A stretch of DNA of 64,000 nt, from the IMG/VR virus record IMGVR_UViG_3300009509_000003. One strand, given 5' to 3'. How positions within the stretch are numbered: position 1 is the first letter of the stretch; the number at the start of each line of letters is the position of its first letter. The position numbers and the translations under genes were made by a program. The notes beneath the pieces are model-generated. The model saw only the letters and a list, made by a program, of their open reading frames with translations. It searched no databases and was not told where the DNA came from. The stretch comes from an uncultured virus (IMG/VR IMGVR_UViG_3300009509_000003). Taxonomy: Duplodnaviria; Heunggongvirae; Uroviricota; Caudoviricetes. This document shows, in pieces, positions 24,883 through 34,250 of this stretch.

Positions 24883-25479
24883 CTAGCGCAGTGTGACCCC
24901 TTCAGGAGGCTCCAAATGCTTCGCAATGAGAGCCGCAAGCGCTGGTCGGAACGTCTTGTACGTGAGCCACGGATCCAAACGCTTTATGGAATTCGAGATC
25001 ATCACCGTCGCCAAGTCCTGAGCCGCCTGGTCTCGATACACTGTGCGAGCGCCTCCAGCCTCTTCCAAACCCTGACGCTGCTCGTCGGTGAAGATTTCGG
25101 GCCCGGCGGGCTCACTCGATTCACCGATCGTCTTGCCCGAGACCTTGCCCTGGTACTTCGCCGGAAGCAGGTCATCGTAGTTACCGAACTTCGCCTCCCC
25201 CTCGAACTCGTCGCGCAAGTCTTTGGCCGCCATCATCCGGATCTTCTTGGGGAACGTGTCAGACCACTTCCCGCCGCCGTGCTCCCGCACGTAGTTCTTC
25301 GCGCCCGAATCGGCCATGTTCAGGAAAGCTTTCACCGCCTTTTCGCTGGAGTACTGTCCGCGAGCATGCTTCGTCATGAGTGCTTTGCGTATTGCTACCA
25401 TCTGCTGATGGAGACGGCCCGTATTGTTGACGTGCATCACCAGCTCGGCTGCCACCGACTCGTCACTCTCGAATCCCAT
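24883..25479 (-). CDS. putative internal head protein
   Basis: MGFES, IGES and GLEEA linkers around basic modules. Confidence 0.6.
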   Translation of the reverse strand: MGFESDESVAAELVMHVNNTGRLHQQMVAIRKALMTKHARGQYSSEKAVKAFLNMADSGAKNYVREHGGGKWSDTFPKKIRMMAAKDLRDEFEGEAKFGNYDDLLPAKYQGKVSGKTIGESSEPAGPEIFTDEQRQGLEEAGGARTVYRDQAAQDLATVMISNSIKRLDPWLTYKTFRPALAALIAKHLEPPEGVTLR

Positions 25480-25518
25480 TCGTTGCCTCCGATCTCCCTA
25501 CGAACTTACTTCGTCGAC

Positions 25519-26706
25519 CTACTTTTTACAAGCGTACTCATGCGCCTTGACCTTCTTCGTCGGGTCGTAGTTGCGCACCGTTGGTTCGATCCAACAGAAG
25601 TACCAGGACGTTCCCTTGGGGCTCTCTGGTGTCTTGCGGCCCTTCCACTGTCGTCGCCAATGCCCGCGCACCAAGACGTTCGCCACCGCTTTACGGGGCC
25701 CTCTGACGCCGATCTCGCGCACAGCCGCCTTGACTTCAGGGCTGACCACGACGCGAGAGCCCACAACCCACACCGGCTCTTTCTCGAGGCGTTCGATCTG
25801 CGCCTTGACGCGCCGGGTCTTCTTGCCCTTGCGAAGCTTTCGGATGCGCCCCTCGTTGGCGTGCTCGATATCGGCCGCCGGCGCGTTGATGTAGAGCAAG
25901 AAGTTGATGACGAACGACCGCAGGAGTCGACGAATGCTGTTGTTGTCGTACACGGCTCCCATGATCGTTCCGAGAGGTTTCCGGCCCGCGCCGCCGAGCC
26001 CGGCCTCGATGAGCACCTCTTCGTCTGATGCCACCATCTCCTCCACAGACTTCGTCTCGTCGAACAACGGGACGGAGAAGTAGAAGATGTGGTCGTCCTC
26101 GGGGTCGACAGAGTGCTCGTTGGGCTCGCAGTGCATGACCAAGAGCAGCCGCCGCCCGCAGTTATACGCCGGGTGGTAATCCTTCTCGTGCGTGTAGCCT
26201 TCACTAACCGCGACTGCTCGTACCTCGTGCTCGCCCGTGTGCTCGTTGTAGAGCGTCAAGAACCCCGCCGGGATCGAGATGTAGAAGCCGGGGAATGGCA
26301 TCTTCACGTCCCCGGGCCTCACGCCGGTAAGCTGGGTGCCGAACAGCGAGTAGGCGAGGTCTTCCCGCAGCTCGAACCACGCAGGGGTGTCACTCTTCGC
26401 CAGAGCCCTCGACACCGAAAACGCCAGCGCAGCGTTGAGCATCGTGCTGCTGTCCATTCCTTGGGATAGAACGTTGAGCATCTTGAAATTGTCGTAGAGA
26501 ACGAACCTAGGATCGAGGAAGTCACCGATCCAACTCAGCTCGTCCACGTCGGGCACGCGCTCGTCGAACACTCGCAGGAAAGCTTGGGTCCGCAGGGCGT
26601 TCATGAGGCGGTAGACGGACTCCCCGCGCGTCCAGCGGGCGAAGATCGCAGAGTTCAGGCGTTTGAACTCTGCGTCGGATATGCGGGGTACGTATCTCAC
26701 CACCAC
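25519..26706 (-). CDS. hypothetical phage protein with C-terminal VRGHWR motif
   Basis: 395 aa; INFLLYIN...VRGHWRRQW...WIEP. Confidence 0.7.
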   Translation of the reverse strand: MVVRYVPRISDAEFKRLNSAIFARWTRGESVYRLMNALRTQAFLRVFDERVPDVDELSWIGDFLDPRFVLYDNFKMLNVLSQGMDSSTMLNAALAFSVSRALAKSDTPAWFELREDLAYSLFGTQLTGVRPGDVKMPFPGFYISIPAGFLTLYNEHTGEHEVRAVAVSEGYTHEKDYHPAYNCGRRLLLVMHCEPNEHSVDPEDDHIFYFSVPLFDETKSVEEMVASDEEVLIEAGLGGAGRKPLGTIMGAVYDNNSIRRLLRSFVINFLLYINAPAADIEHANEGRIRKLRKGKKTRRVKAQIERLEKEPVWVVGSRVVVSPEVKAAVREIGVRGPRKAVANVLVRGHWRRQWKGRKTPESPKGTSWYFCWIEPTVRNYDPTKKVKAHEYACKK

Positions 26707-26921
26707 TCGTGCTCCAACTCTTCGATGATCGTGACCATGTCGGGGCCGCCGGCCTTGAGCCAGCGGTCGTAGTCAAGACGATCGTACTTGTCGTTACCGA
26801 TCCACCCGCCGTCGAACCACTCGTCCTCGATCGGGCGCTCCATGCAGTCCTCGGGCACGATGACGCGCGCTTCGGCGTCATGGTCCAAGGTCATATCTAC
26901 GGCACGAAAAAAGTAGTTCAT
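26697..26921 (-). CDS. small acidic protein
   Basis: start MNYFFR behind hairpin and SD. Confidence 0.6.
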   Translation of the reverse strand: MNYFFRAVDMTLDHDAEARVIVPEDCMERPIEDEWFDGGWIGNDKYDRLDYDRWLKAGGPDMVTIIEELEHEWW

Positions 26922-26933
26922 CTCACTCTCCCT

Positions 26934-27000
26934 TCGGGGAAGCATCCCCGATCCACACAACAAGCATGACACGGCTTTGATCCGTTGTCAATCGCAAACG
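26934..27000 (-). promoter_or_regulatory. repeated early-type promoter plus leader hairpin
   Basis: CGTTTGCGA-TTGACA-N17-CATGCT; TCGGGGA-TGCT-TCCCCGA. Confidence 0.85.
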
Positions 27001-27041
27001 TGAGAGAATCGCAACTATTTTCTAAGTGGCTGGAACTGCTT

Positions 27042-29012
27042 CTATTTTTTGAGCGGTTTCGGCTTGGTGGCCAGGGGCTTCGGCTTGGAGACGGACGGCT
27101 TCTTCGGCTTCTTCAGAGTGCTCTTCAGCTTCTTCTTCGCCTTCTCTGCCTTCTTCTCCGGCTCCCTCACTCTGCCGGAACCCAAGCGGCCTCGAGCCGC
27201 CCCCGTGACTCGGCCGCCGGCGGCCTTCATGTGTCTGCCAATGAACCGGAGCCCTCTGCCCGCCTTCGTCTCCTCCGCCTCCTGCTTCTCGCCAGGCTCC
27301 TCATCGGAAAACTCGGCCTTGGCCTTCTTCTTCGGCGGCGCCTTCTTTCCTTTGGCCTTCTCGTCTTCGTCGTCGCCTTCGTCGTGGTCGTAGTCGATCT
27401 CCGACTTGCCCACGTCAACCTCACCCTTCTCTTCCGGAGACGCGTGCTTCCCGACGGATCCGTGCACCTTCCCTTTGCGCACGATCGGCGTTGGAGCGGG
27501 CTCATCGTCGGAGCCGCTCCAAGGCGCTGCTCTACCGCCGGGAGCCTCCCCTAAAGGGTCGAAAACTCCGAGGCTCAAGTCTCCGAAGTCACGAAAAAAC
27601 CAGCGCGACTCGGCCAGAACTTGGTCGATGTAGGCGTCGTCATCGGCGCCGTCATCGAGGATGCCGTAGGCCTTCGGGCGATCGATCGAGCGCGTGTCGC
27701 CCATCGGGTGTGGAAGTGGCACACTCTCGGTCATGCCAGCCAACGCTTGCTGTTCGTGAGGCAGAGCTGATTCCCCGCGAGCCCCGTAGGCCAGCTTCTT
27801 CAAGTACCGAAGCAGGTCCTCGTATCGTGCCTTGTCTTTGTGCTCCGAGGGTCTCATCGACTTGATCTCGAAATGTAGGCTTTTGATGACCTTCTTGAGA
27901 TCGGCTTTTTTGATCGGGCCGCGCCGGGCCTTGATGAATATTTGTTCGACGGGTCGCTCGAAGGTCCAGCCGTCGATGCGCTTCAGAAGCGACTTTGGGA
28001 TCGTTACGCTGCCTTTCGGGGCCGTCTGCGGGTCTCGACTCATCAGCGCTTTGACGGGGTCGAACTCGTTCAGCTCGCTGGGCATCTCTCGATAGGGCGT
28101 GCCGGTGGCAAACTCCAGGTGCTCCTTCATCTCGAGGCCCGCGAGTCGACGCTGTACCGACCGCACGCTCTCGCCGATGTCGTCATCGTCGGCAGCACGC
28201 GGAGGCCCGGCATCCTGGCCCTTGCGCGTCCGGACGCGCTTCTTCAGGAACGACCCTTTGCAGGTCTTGACCTCCTGCATTCTTACGTCAGCGCTCTCTC
28301 GCTGCACTGGTTTGAAGGCTTGGTGTGTGGTGAGATAGCGCTTGAGGATCTCGTCGGCCATGTCACGTCCGCTCAGTCGCAGAGCGTAGACGTAGAAGTA
28401 GATCGCCGCGTTCTCGGGAACTGCGCGGAGCATCTTCCCCGCCTTCGGAGACGCCTTGTGCAGGTTGCGCATGAACTTCTGAATCGACCCCTTCGGGTTG
28501 CGATTCAGCTCATCTTGCGCGTCGGGGATATTCGTCTCTCCGATGATCATGGGCAGCTTCTCTCGAGGGATGCTGTACATCAGCTTCTCTTGGTTTTTGA
28601 AGAGCGTCTTATCGACGGTGATACCGCCCTTTTTGAACAGGTCGATGGACTGCTGGCTGAGTTTGAAAGCTCCCTTCCGGACTTGAACGGTCTTCGCCTT
28701 CACTCGGGGAGCACCTCTCTTGCCGTACTCGTCTTTCTCGCCCGGAACAACTTTCATCGAGCCAGGCACAGTCTCTTGACCGAGTGTAGGGTCGGTCTTC
28801 TGGCGCTCTTCGAGCTTCTTCGCCGTGCTCGGGAGAGTCCACTCCGCCGTGTCGACGGTCGGCAGGCCAGAACCGCCTGTTGTCGGGGCTCGATTCGGAT
28901 CGACTGGGAGGCCCATCCGTCGGTACATATCATCGGTATAGGACGCCTCCGGAGTAGTGTGAGCCTTCCTCGGAAGTCGCCATGAATTGGTGTCGATCTT
29001 CGGTACGGTCAT
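27042..29012 (-). CDS. modular Lys-rich putative internal head protein with histone H1-like K/P/A tail
   Basis: LEE, IGES, LNE, MTES, LAES and LGEA linkers; two xLAG(L/M) motifs. Confidence 0.65.
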   Translation of the reverse strand: MTVPKIDTNSWRLPRKAHTTPEASYTDDMYRRMGLPVDPNRAPTTGGSGLPTVDTAEWTLPSTAKKLEERQKTDPTLGQETVPGSMKVVPGEKDEYGKRGAPRVKAKTVQVRKGAFKLSQQSIDLFKKGGITVDKTLFKNQEKLMYSIPREKLPMIIGETNIPDAQDELNRNPKGSIQKFMRNLHKASPKAGKMLRAVPENAAIYFYVYALRLSGRDMADEILKRYLTTHQAFKPVQRESADVRMQEVKTCKGSFLKKRVRTRKGQDAGPPRAADDDDIGESVRSVQRRLAGLEMKEHLEFATGTPYREMPSELNEFDPVKALMSRDPQTAPKGSVTIPKSLLKRIDGWTFERPVEQIFIKARRGPIKKADLKKVIKSLHFEIKSMRPSEHKDKARYEDLLRYLKKLAYGARGESALPHEQQALAGMTESVPLPHPMGDTRSIDRPKAYGILDDGADDDAYIDQVLAESRWFFRDFGDLSLGVFDPLGEAPGGRAAPWSGSDDEPAPTPIVRKGKVHGSVGKHASPEEKGEVDVGKSEIDYDHDEGDDEDEKAKGKKAPPKKKAKAEFSDEEPGEKQEAEETKAGRGLRFIGRHMKAAGGRVTGAARGRLGSGRVREPEKKAEKAKKKLKSTLKKPKKPSVSKPKPLATKPKPLKK

Positions 29013-29234
29013 GATACCCTCTATATCACGGATCGCGCGGAAAAACGAGGTCGCCTCACCTGCCCGCCGATCCACGCATACAGCTTCGCACGCCGAGACC
29101 CATCTGCCAAGACTTCGATGCCATAAAGCGCGCTCAGCTCTCCATTTTCGTAGACCTTCCATAAGGGTGGTGGTCTAGGTGCTCTCCGTTTTGATTGACG
29201 AGACACCCCTACATGGTAGCTCAACGCCGGAAAA

Positions 29235-30563
29235 CTATCGAGCCAGTTGTTCTAGCTCGTCAATGCGGGTCTGGGGAGCCTCGAGACCGGAAATGATCGT
29301 GAACACGCGCATCGACACAACGTCACCGCGGCTCTCGTAGATGCCGTTATGTAACGTGATGCCTTCGTTCCCTAACGCGCGGCCAAGACTGTTGAAGGCG
29401 TAATCGATGTTCTCCATCGGTATCTCGGAGAGTATCTGATCGTGAGCCAGCACAATCGCTCCGGCCATATTCGCTTTCGAGAGATCGAACCCGTCGGCGA
29501 GGAGCGTCCCTTTGAGATTCTGCCGAACTGCTTTCGAGATGTCCTCGCGCCCTTGCCACCTCTCCACTCGACACATGCCAAACACCATCAGACCGTTCTG
29601 CACGACCGATCTCAGGTCAGCTCTGTCGAAGGTATTGAACTCGGAGTCCATCGCCGATAGGAGATTGAACGTGTGTAGCACACTGGCGAAATTCCGATTG
29701 GCAACGGTCCAGAATTGCTTCACCGGCAACCCGGGATACAGCTCGTGGATCTTCGCATTGTCAACGATGACCAGACTCGAAATGAGCCCGCGTTCGAGCT
29801 TCTTCATAGCATCGGTGATGGCGGTATGAGCGTTGCGCTGCACTCGAGAGCCCTCCGAGCGCTTTGGCAGGCTCATGATGACTCCGAGATGCTTGCCGAA
29901 GGGCTTCTCCACGTTCGTGCTCTTCGCGTACTCGCGAGCAGCATCGAGCAACACCGGCCACGATCCCGTCCCCGATCCCCCTCCACCTCCAACGCAGATG
30001 TAGATGTGCTCTACGCCCTCACCGAAAGCCCGCATCATTTGGTCCATGAGGTCTTCATAGGACTCCTGGGCAGCGAGTTTTCCCTCTTCGGGGTCCTTGC
30101 CGGCCCCTCCGCGGTTATTCCCGATGACCAGCTTCGACGGGATCGTGAGCGACTCCATGTCCTGCATCGTGGTGTTGCAAACACAGACACGGCGATAACC
30201 CATGTCGTGGAACGCCTGAGCAATGCGCCCACCGCCCTGCCCGGCACCGATGAACGCCATCCGAATAGCAGATCGCGTCTCTCCGCGAGCGAACTCGTCC
30301 TCGACCATGTTGGACTGCGGCGGCGGCTGGTAGTCGTCGTAGTCGAAGTCGGGAATGTCCACGCCGTCGGTAGACTCGTCATCCCACTCTTTCACGTCCG
30401 CGTCGATCGGAGCACCCTCGAAACGTCTCCTCATCGCCAGAGCCGTCTCCTCTTTGGTCTTCGGCTTGACATTCTTCGCCGCCCTTGCCGGAGAGTCTTC
30501 GTGTGGGACTTGCGGCAACGAGTCGTACAGGGGATCGCTCGGCTCTTTCTTCTTCTTAGGCAT
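29235..30563 (-). CDS. FtsZ/tubulin-family GTPase
   Basis: IGAGQGGGRIA, GAGKDPEEG, GGGGGSGTG, VDN, T7-loop-like NTFDRAD. Confidence 0.92.
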   Translation of the reverse strand: MPKKKKEPSDPLYDSLPQVPHEDSPARAAKNVKPKTKEETALAMRRRFEGAPIDADVKEWDDESTDGVDIPDFDYDDYQPPPQSNMVEDEFARGETRSAIRMAFIGAGQGGGRIAQAFHDMGYRRVCVCNTTMQDMESLTIPSKLVIGNNRGGAGKDPEEGKLAAQESYEDLMDQMMRAFGEGVEHIYICVGGGGGSGTGSWPVLLDAAREYAKSTNVEKPFGKHLGVIMSLPKRSEGSRVQRNAHTAITDAMKKLERGLISSLVIVDNAKIHELYPGLPVKQFWTVANRNFASVLHTFNLLSAMDSEFNTFDRADLRSVVQNGLMVFGMCRVERWQGREDISKAVRQNLKGTLLADGFDLSKANMAGAIVLAHDQILSEIPMENIDYAFNSLGRALGNEGITLHNGIYESRGDVVSMRVFTIISGLEAPQTRIDELEQLAR

Positions 30564-30579
30564 ATAGCCCTCCAGTTCT

Positions 30580-31209
30580 CTACTGTGCCAAAAGCTCTTC
30601 TCGATCCGCCACCTCTTTCGGCGTCATCGTGCTCAAACACCCTTGCACCCACTCGATGACTCTCGAATCGATGAACGGGGGAGCTTCTACAATCTTCAAG
30701 TCAGCGTGTCGTAGCGTGAGCGACATCCCGTCTCCCGGCCACTGTATCTCGACATGTTGCTTTCGCACGCGTACCTCGATCGGGATGCACTTGTCGCCGA
30801 AATGCCCCATGAAGTCCGGAGCGTTTTCCTCCTGAAGGATCTTCATGTATTTGATGAGGTCCTTCGCGTCTTCGGCGTCTTCGTCGATGTCATGCCCGTA
30901 CCCTGTATCGGCGAGGTCCTCGCGGATGGCTTTTTTCATCCACCTCATTCGCCGTTCCTTTGTTGCCTTGAGAGGCTCGGGATCGTTGGCCGGATCGGGA
31001 ATAGGGGCATCCCTGAGCTTCTTGTAAGCCCTTGTCTCGGAACAGCGCGGACAGAACATCTCGTCTGTCGGGCTTTGCGTCCACCCGTTCGGCAGGTGCA
31101 CGTGAATGCGCCCATCTATGAGGTCCGCCGTCGACATTGCAGCGTACCTGTCTCCGGGTCCGTTGTTGCAGTGGTCGCAGATGACCGTAATGCTCCCAAA
31201 GCTAATCAT
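30580..31209 (-). CDS. hypothetical protein with N-terminal Zn finger
   Basis: CDHC...GW...FCPRC. Confidence 0.55.
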   Translation of the reverse strand: MISFGSITVICDHCNNGPGDRYAAMSTADLIDGRIHVHLPNGWTQSPTDEMFCPRCSETRAYKKLRDAPIPDPANDPEPLKATKERRMRWMKKAIREDLADTGYGHDIDEDAEDAKDLIKYMKILQEENAPDFMGHFGDKCIPIEVRVRKQHVEIQWPGDGMSLTLRHADLKIVEAPPFIDSRVIEWVQGCLSTMTPKEVADREELLAQ

Positions 31210-31507
31210 TGAAATCTCCTCGTTCTATCCATTTCAGTCGTTTGCCCGAGCCTTCAGAATAGATCGCTCCCGCATCTTCCAGCCAGGCAATGCACTGTCG
31301 CACCCTAAAAGCCGTCATCCCGTTTCTCGATCTCCAAACGTGGAGCTGCTTCCACGTCCTGGGAGCCTTGATTATGAACTCCAAAAGCGGAGCCGACCAC
31401 TCCGCCCACCTCGGATCGAGTATCGGAGGCGCTTCTTCTTCGACCATCCACCCCGAGCGCCTAATCCGTGGCTTTTTCTGGATAGATGATTGGAGCATCT
31501 CCAACAC
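31202..31507 (-). CDS. hypothetical, winged-helix-like protein
   Basis: VRQCIAWLEDAGAIY...LKW. Confidence 0.45.
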   Translation of the reverse strand: MLEMLQSSIQKKPRIRRSGWMVEEEAPPILDPRWAEWSAPLLEFIIKAPRTWKQLHVWRSRNGMTAFRVRQCIAWLEDAGAIYSEGSGKRLKWIERGDFND

Positions 31508-32129
31508 GTTTCCGCTCCTCGACGGGCGTCAAAGCCAATAATTCGATCTTCCCAGCGGACCGCGCTCGGGGATACGGTGGAAAGTGAAACCACCCATATT
31601 CCGGTGAGTCTGTCTTCCCCCACGCTTTGAACCCCGGTCTATTTGGCAGCACATAGATATCCGGCATGAACGTGCTCATAAAAGCGTGACGAGTCTGGGA
31701 AGCGATGAAGTTTACTCTCAAGAGCAGAATAACATGAGCATTTTGAAATTTGTTGAGTATTTTGTGAAGCAACTCCCAGGCAATGCGATAAGGGGGATTT
31801 GTGATGATCACCTGAACCTCATCCTCGGGCGGAAGAAGCGTCGACGGATCGAGGATATCGCCGATAGTCACGGTAGGGGTCGCGCCCTTGTAGGGTGTCA
31901 GAAGTCGAGGCTTCTCCTCTTCTCGAATCTCATTCGCCCACCAACTAGGGGTTAGCTGCCTAGCGTTGAAAGTCTGAATGATCGCACCGCTTCCAGCGCA
32001 AGGCTCATACCAAATACCGCCCATCGGTAGTTTCGTGCAGAGTCGATCAATGATCCGATTCGTCACCCATGGCGGGGTTTCGTAATTATCGGAGGGGCTT
32101 CTCTGGCCTCCTCTTTTTGTGCTCGACAC
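31461..32129 (-). CDS. amino (probably N6-adenine) DNA methyltransferase
   Basis: DNYETPPW, EPCAGSGAI (motif I), ITNPPY (motif IV); GTG start with SD AAGGAG. Confidence 0.85.
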   Translation of the reverse strand: MSSTKRGGQRSPSDNYETPPWVTNRIIDRLCTKLPMGGIWYEPCAGSGAIIQTFNARQLTPSWWANEIREEEKPRLLTPYKGATPTVTIGDILDPSTLLPPEDEVQVIITNPPYRIAWELLHKILNKFQNAHVILLLRVNFIASQTRHAFMSTFMPDIYVLPNRPGFKAWGKTDSPEYGWFHFPPYPRARSAGKIELLALTPVEERKRVGDAPIIYPEKATD

Positions 32130-32130
32130 G

Positions 32131-32604
32131 CTATCTCCTTCTCCCAGTAAGCAATCGCCAAATATGGGTCTTAGATATCCCGTATTCTTCCGCCAACCCT
32201 CGATAAGTTCCCTCACCCCTCGCGCGCCTGTCTCGTATTTCTTGAACTACTTCATCGGAAAACTTGCACATCCCATTGCTCTCTCCAGGGCACGAAACAT
32301 GCCTTCCTCTTCGCACTTTATCGTTCATGTTCGACTGAGGTGTTCCGAGATAGAGGTGATCAGGACGCACGCATTTTGGGGTATCGCATGTGTGGCAGAC
32401 AAAACCATCAGGGGTCAATCCGTGTTCTAACTCCCACGCCACTCTATGAGCTAGGGCAAGACGATAAGTTCCATCAGAGCGGCTACCTCGTCTAAACGTC
32501 CCGTACCTTGTCCCCCCACCCTTCCACAACCAACATCCAGGTCCCTTCTCTACTTTCTCCCAAAAGCGTTCAGCTTCCGGGCGCCTCTTACCACCACCTG
32601 TCAT
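32131..32604 (-). CDS. HNH homing endonuclease-like protein with C-terminal HTH
   Basis: RFWEKV..CWLWKG, AHRVAW, VCHTCDTPKCVRPDHL...NMND. Confidence 0.9.
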   Translation of the reverse strand: MTGGGKRRPEAERFWEKVEKGPGCWLWKGGGTRYGTFRRGSRSDGTYRLALAHRVAWELEHGLTPDGFVCHTCDTPKCVRPDHLYLGTPQSNMNDKVRRGRHVSCPGESNGMCKFSDEVVQEIRDRRARGEGTYRGLAEEYGISKTHIWRLLTGRRR

Positions 32605-32612
32605 ATCGAGGG

Positions 32613-32641
32613 TAGTTACCACATAGGGAGGTCGTGGTCAA
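32613..32641 (-). promoter_or_regulatory. sigma70-type promoter (leaderless class)
   Basis: TTGACC-N17-TAACTA; shares CTATGTGGTA with the 6.45 and 7.2 kb promoters. Confidence 0.5.
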
Positions 32642-32650
32642 GAGCAAAGA

Positions 32651-33868
32651 CTATTGCTTCGCGACGACGGCTTTGAGGCCTGGCTTGAAAGAGATCGTGC
32701 GGAAGGTCTCGAACTCGTCGGGGTCACGTTGACGGATGCGATAGGTGTTCTCTTTCTCGTCGACCTTCGGGACCTTGAAGCCGTGGGTCGCTGCCCACTT
32801 CACCGCCGCCCTCTTGGAAAACTTGTCTTTGGAGAAGATGAGCGTCTGAACCTTCATCGAGGCTGGATCGCTTCGCTCGGTCACGCGCAGCTCGAAGGGG
32901 AGGTCCATGAACGCCTGCCCTGCGTCGCGCTCGTCGAGCACCATCCATTCGTCCGGTATCTCAACGCCCGCTCTCATGGCTTTCACAGCGCGGCGTGCCC
33001 AGCCTTTGCGAGCCGTCTTGCGCATCAGCGCGTCGTGCCACTTGTGGAGTCGATGATACTTCTTGTCCTGCCTCATCTTTCGACGATGCGCTGCCGGATC
33101 TTTCCGCACCATCTTTAGAAACGCCTGATGGGCTTTCATCTTGGCAGCACCATACTTCTGCTTCACCCAATGGAGGGCCGCCTTCATCGACTCCTCCATC
33201 TCATCTTCGGTGAGATCGGAGTCGAGAGTTTCCCAGATAGCGGCCAGCTTCGCACCGGGCTCGGCAAAGTCGACGGACTCGCGACGACGCTTGAACTCTT
33301 TGCCGCCGACGAATCTCTTTCCGAGCACGAGGGCGCTGCGCTTCGACTTCGTCGCTTTGCCCGTCGCACCTTCGAGAGCCTTCAGCGCGGCGTTGATCTT
33401 CTTCAGCTTCTCCGTCTTACTGAGGGCGTCGTACTCGTCCTGCGATAGACCGAGCAGCTTCGGCAATCGGCCTGGCCGCTTCACGGCCTGTTGAATCCAC
33501 TTCTTCTCACTGAGCATGTCTATCCCCTCCAACTGCAAATGAGCCGCCGCCTGAATATACGGCTGCAGTTGAGTTCCTGTAATGCGACCCCCGCGACGGA
33601 AGGCCCTGGAAGCGGGCACGCGCTGCAGGTCGATGGACAGGGACGGTATCAGTGAGGCGAGTTTTCCGGACATGCTCTCGTCACGATAGAACTTGAGCCC
33701 TTGATCGGCTTTGAGCGTCTTATCGTAGACCGTCAGACAGAGAAGGTCTTTCCCGTCCTTCCCGACGAAAACGCCGTAGCCCGGACCTGTAGGTGTCCGC
33801 CATCCGACGAGCGTACCGAAAGGCACTTTCCCGACGGCTTCATGCAACTTCTGCGACTCTGACCCCAT
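32651..33868 (-). CDS. modular putative internal head protein
   Basis: LHEA, LSE, RES, LTEDEMEES, LDE and VTE linkers between basic modules. Confidence 0.65.
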   Translation of the reverse strand: MGSESQKLHEAVGKVPFGTLVGWRTPTGPGYGVFVGKDGKDLLCLTVYDKTLKADQGLKFYRDESMSGKLASLIPSLSIDLQRVPASRAFRRGGRITGTQLQPYIQAAAHLQLEGIDMLSEKKWIQQAVKRPGRLPKLLGLSQDEYDALSKTEKLKKINAALKALEGATGKATKSKRSALVLGKRFVGGKEFKRRRESVDFAEPGAKLAAIWETLDSDLTEDEMEESMKAALHWVKQKYGAAKMKAHQAFLKMVRKDPAAHRRKMRQDKKYHRLHKWHDALMRKTARKGWARRAVKAMRAGVEIPDEWMVLDERDAGQAFMDLPFELRVTERSDPASMKVQTLIFSKDKFSKRAAVKWAATHGFKVPKVDEKENTYRIRQRDPDEFETFRTISFKPGLKAVVAKQ

Positions 33869-34232
33869 CTGGTTCCTCGACTTTGTAGACGATGTGATTC
33901 GCATCCAGGTAACCTAGATACTCTTCGTCTTCACCGTACTCGTCTTTCGTTGATGCTTCCAGCTTCGCCCACCACGCGAACTCGAGGCGCTTGAACGCCA
34001 CGATGTCGCCCGGCTTCAGCTCGGCCGCAACGCCTCTCGGTCCAGCCGAGAGCACTGTTCCGTACACCGTTCGCAGGTGAGGCAGCTCACCGTAAAAACT
34101 TCCTGCCTTCGGGGGGAGCCAGATGCTTCCGTGCTTCCGGGGATGAGGAAGGGTGCGAACCCACACCCTGTAGTTCGTCGCCCGTATCCTGTATCCCAGC
34201 TCCTCCCATGTCCGTTCAATAATGTCCATCAT
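33840..34232 (-). CDS. GroES/Cpn10-like co-chaperonin
   Basis: IRATNYRVWV...GSIWLP...GTVLSAGP...LKPGDIVAF. Confidence 0.75.
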   Translation of the reverse strand: MMDIIERTWEELGYRIRATNYRVWVRTLPHPRKHGSIWLPPKAGSFYGELPHLRTVYGTVLSAGPRGVAAELKPGDIVAFKRLEFAWWAKLEASTKDEYGEDEEYLGYLDANHIVYKVEEPDGVRVAEVA

Positions 34233-34250
34233 CCATACCCTCGCTATCGT

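Noticed and set aside
29235..30563. Host chromosomal ftsZ or dcw cluster
   Set aside because: No neighbouring division genes; the context is entirely phage-like
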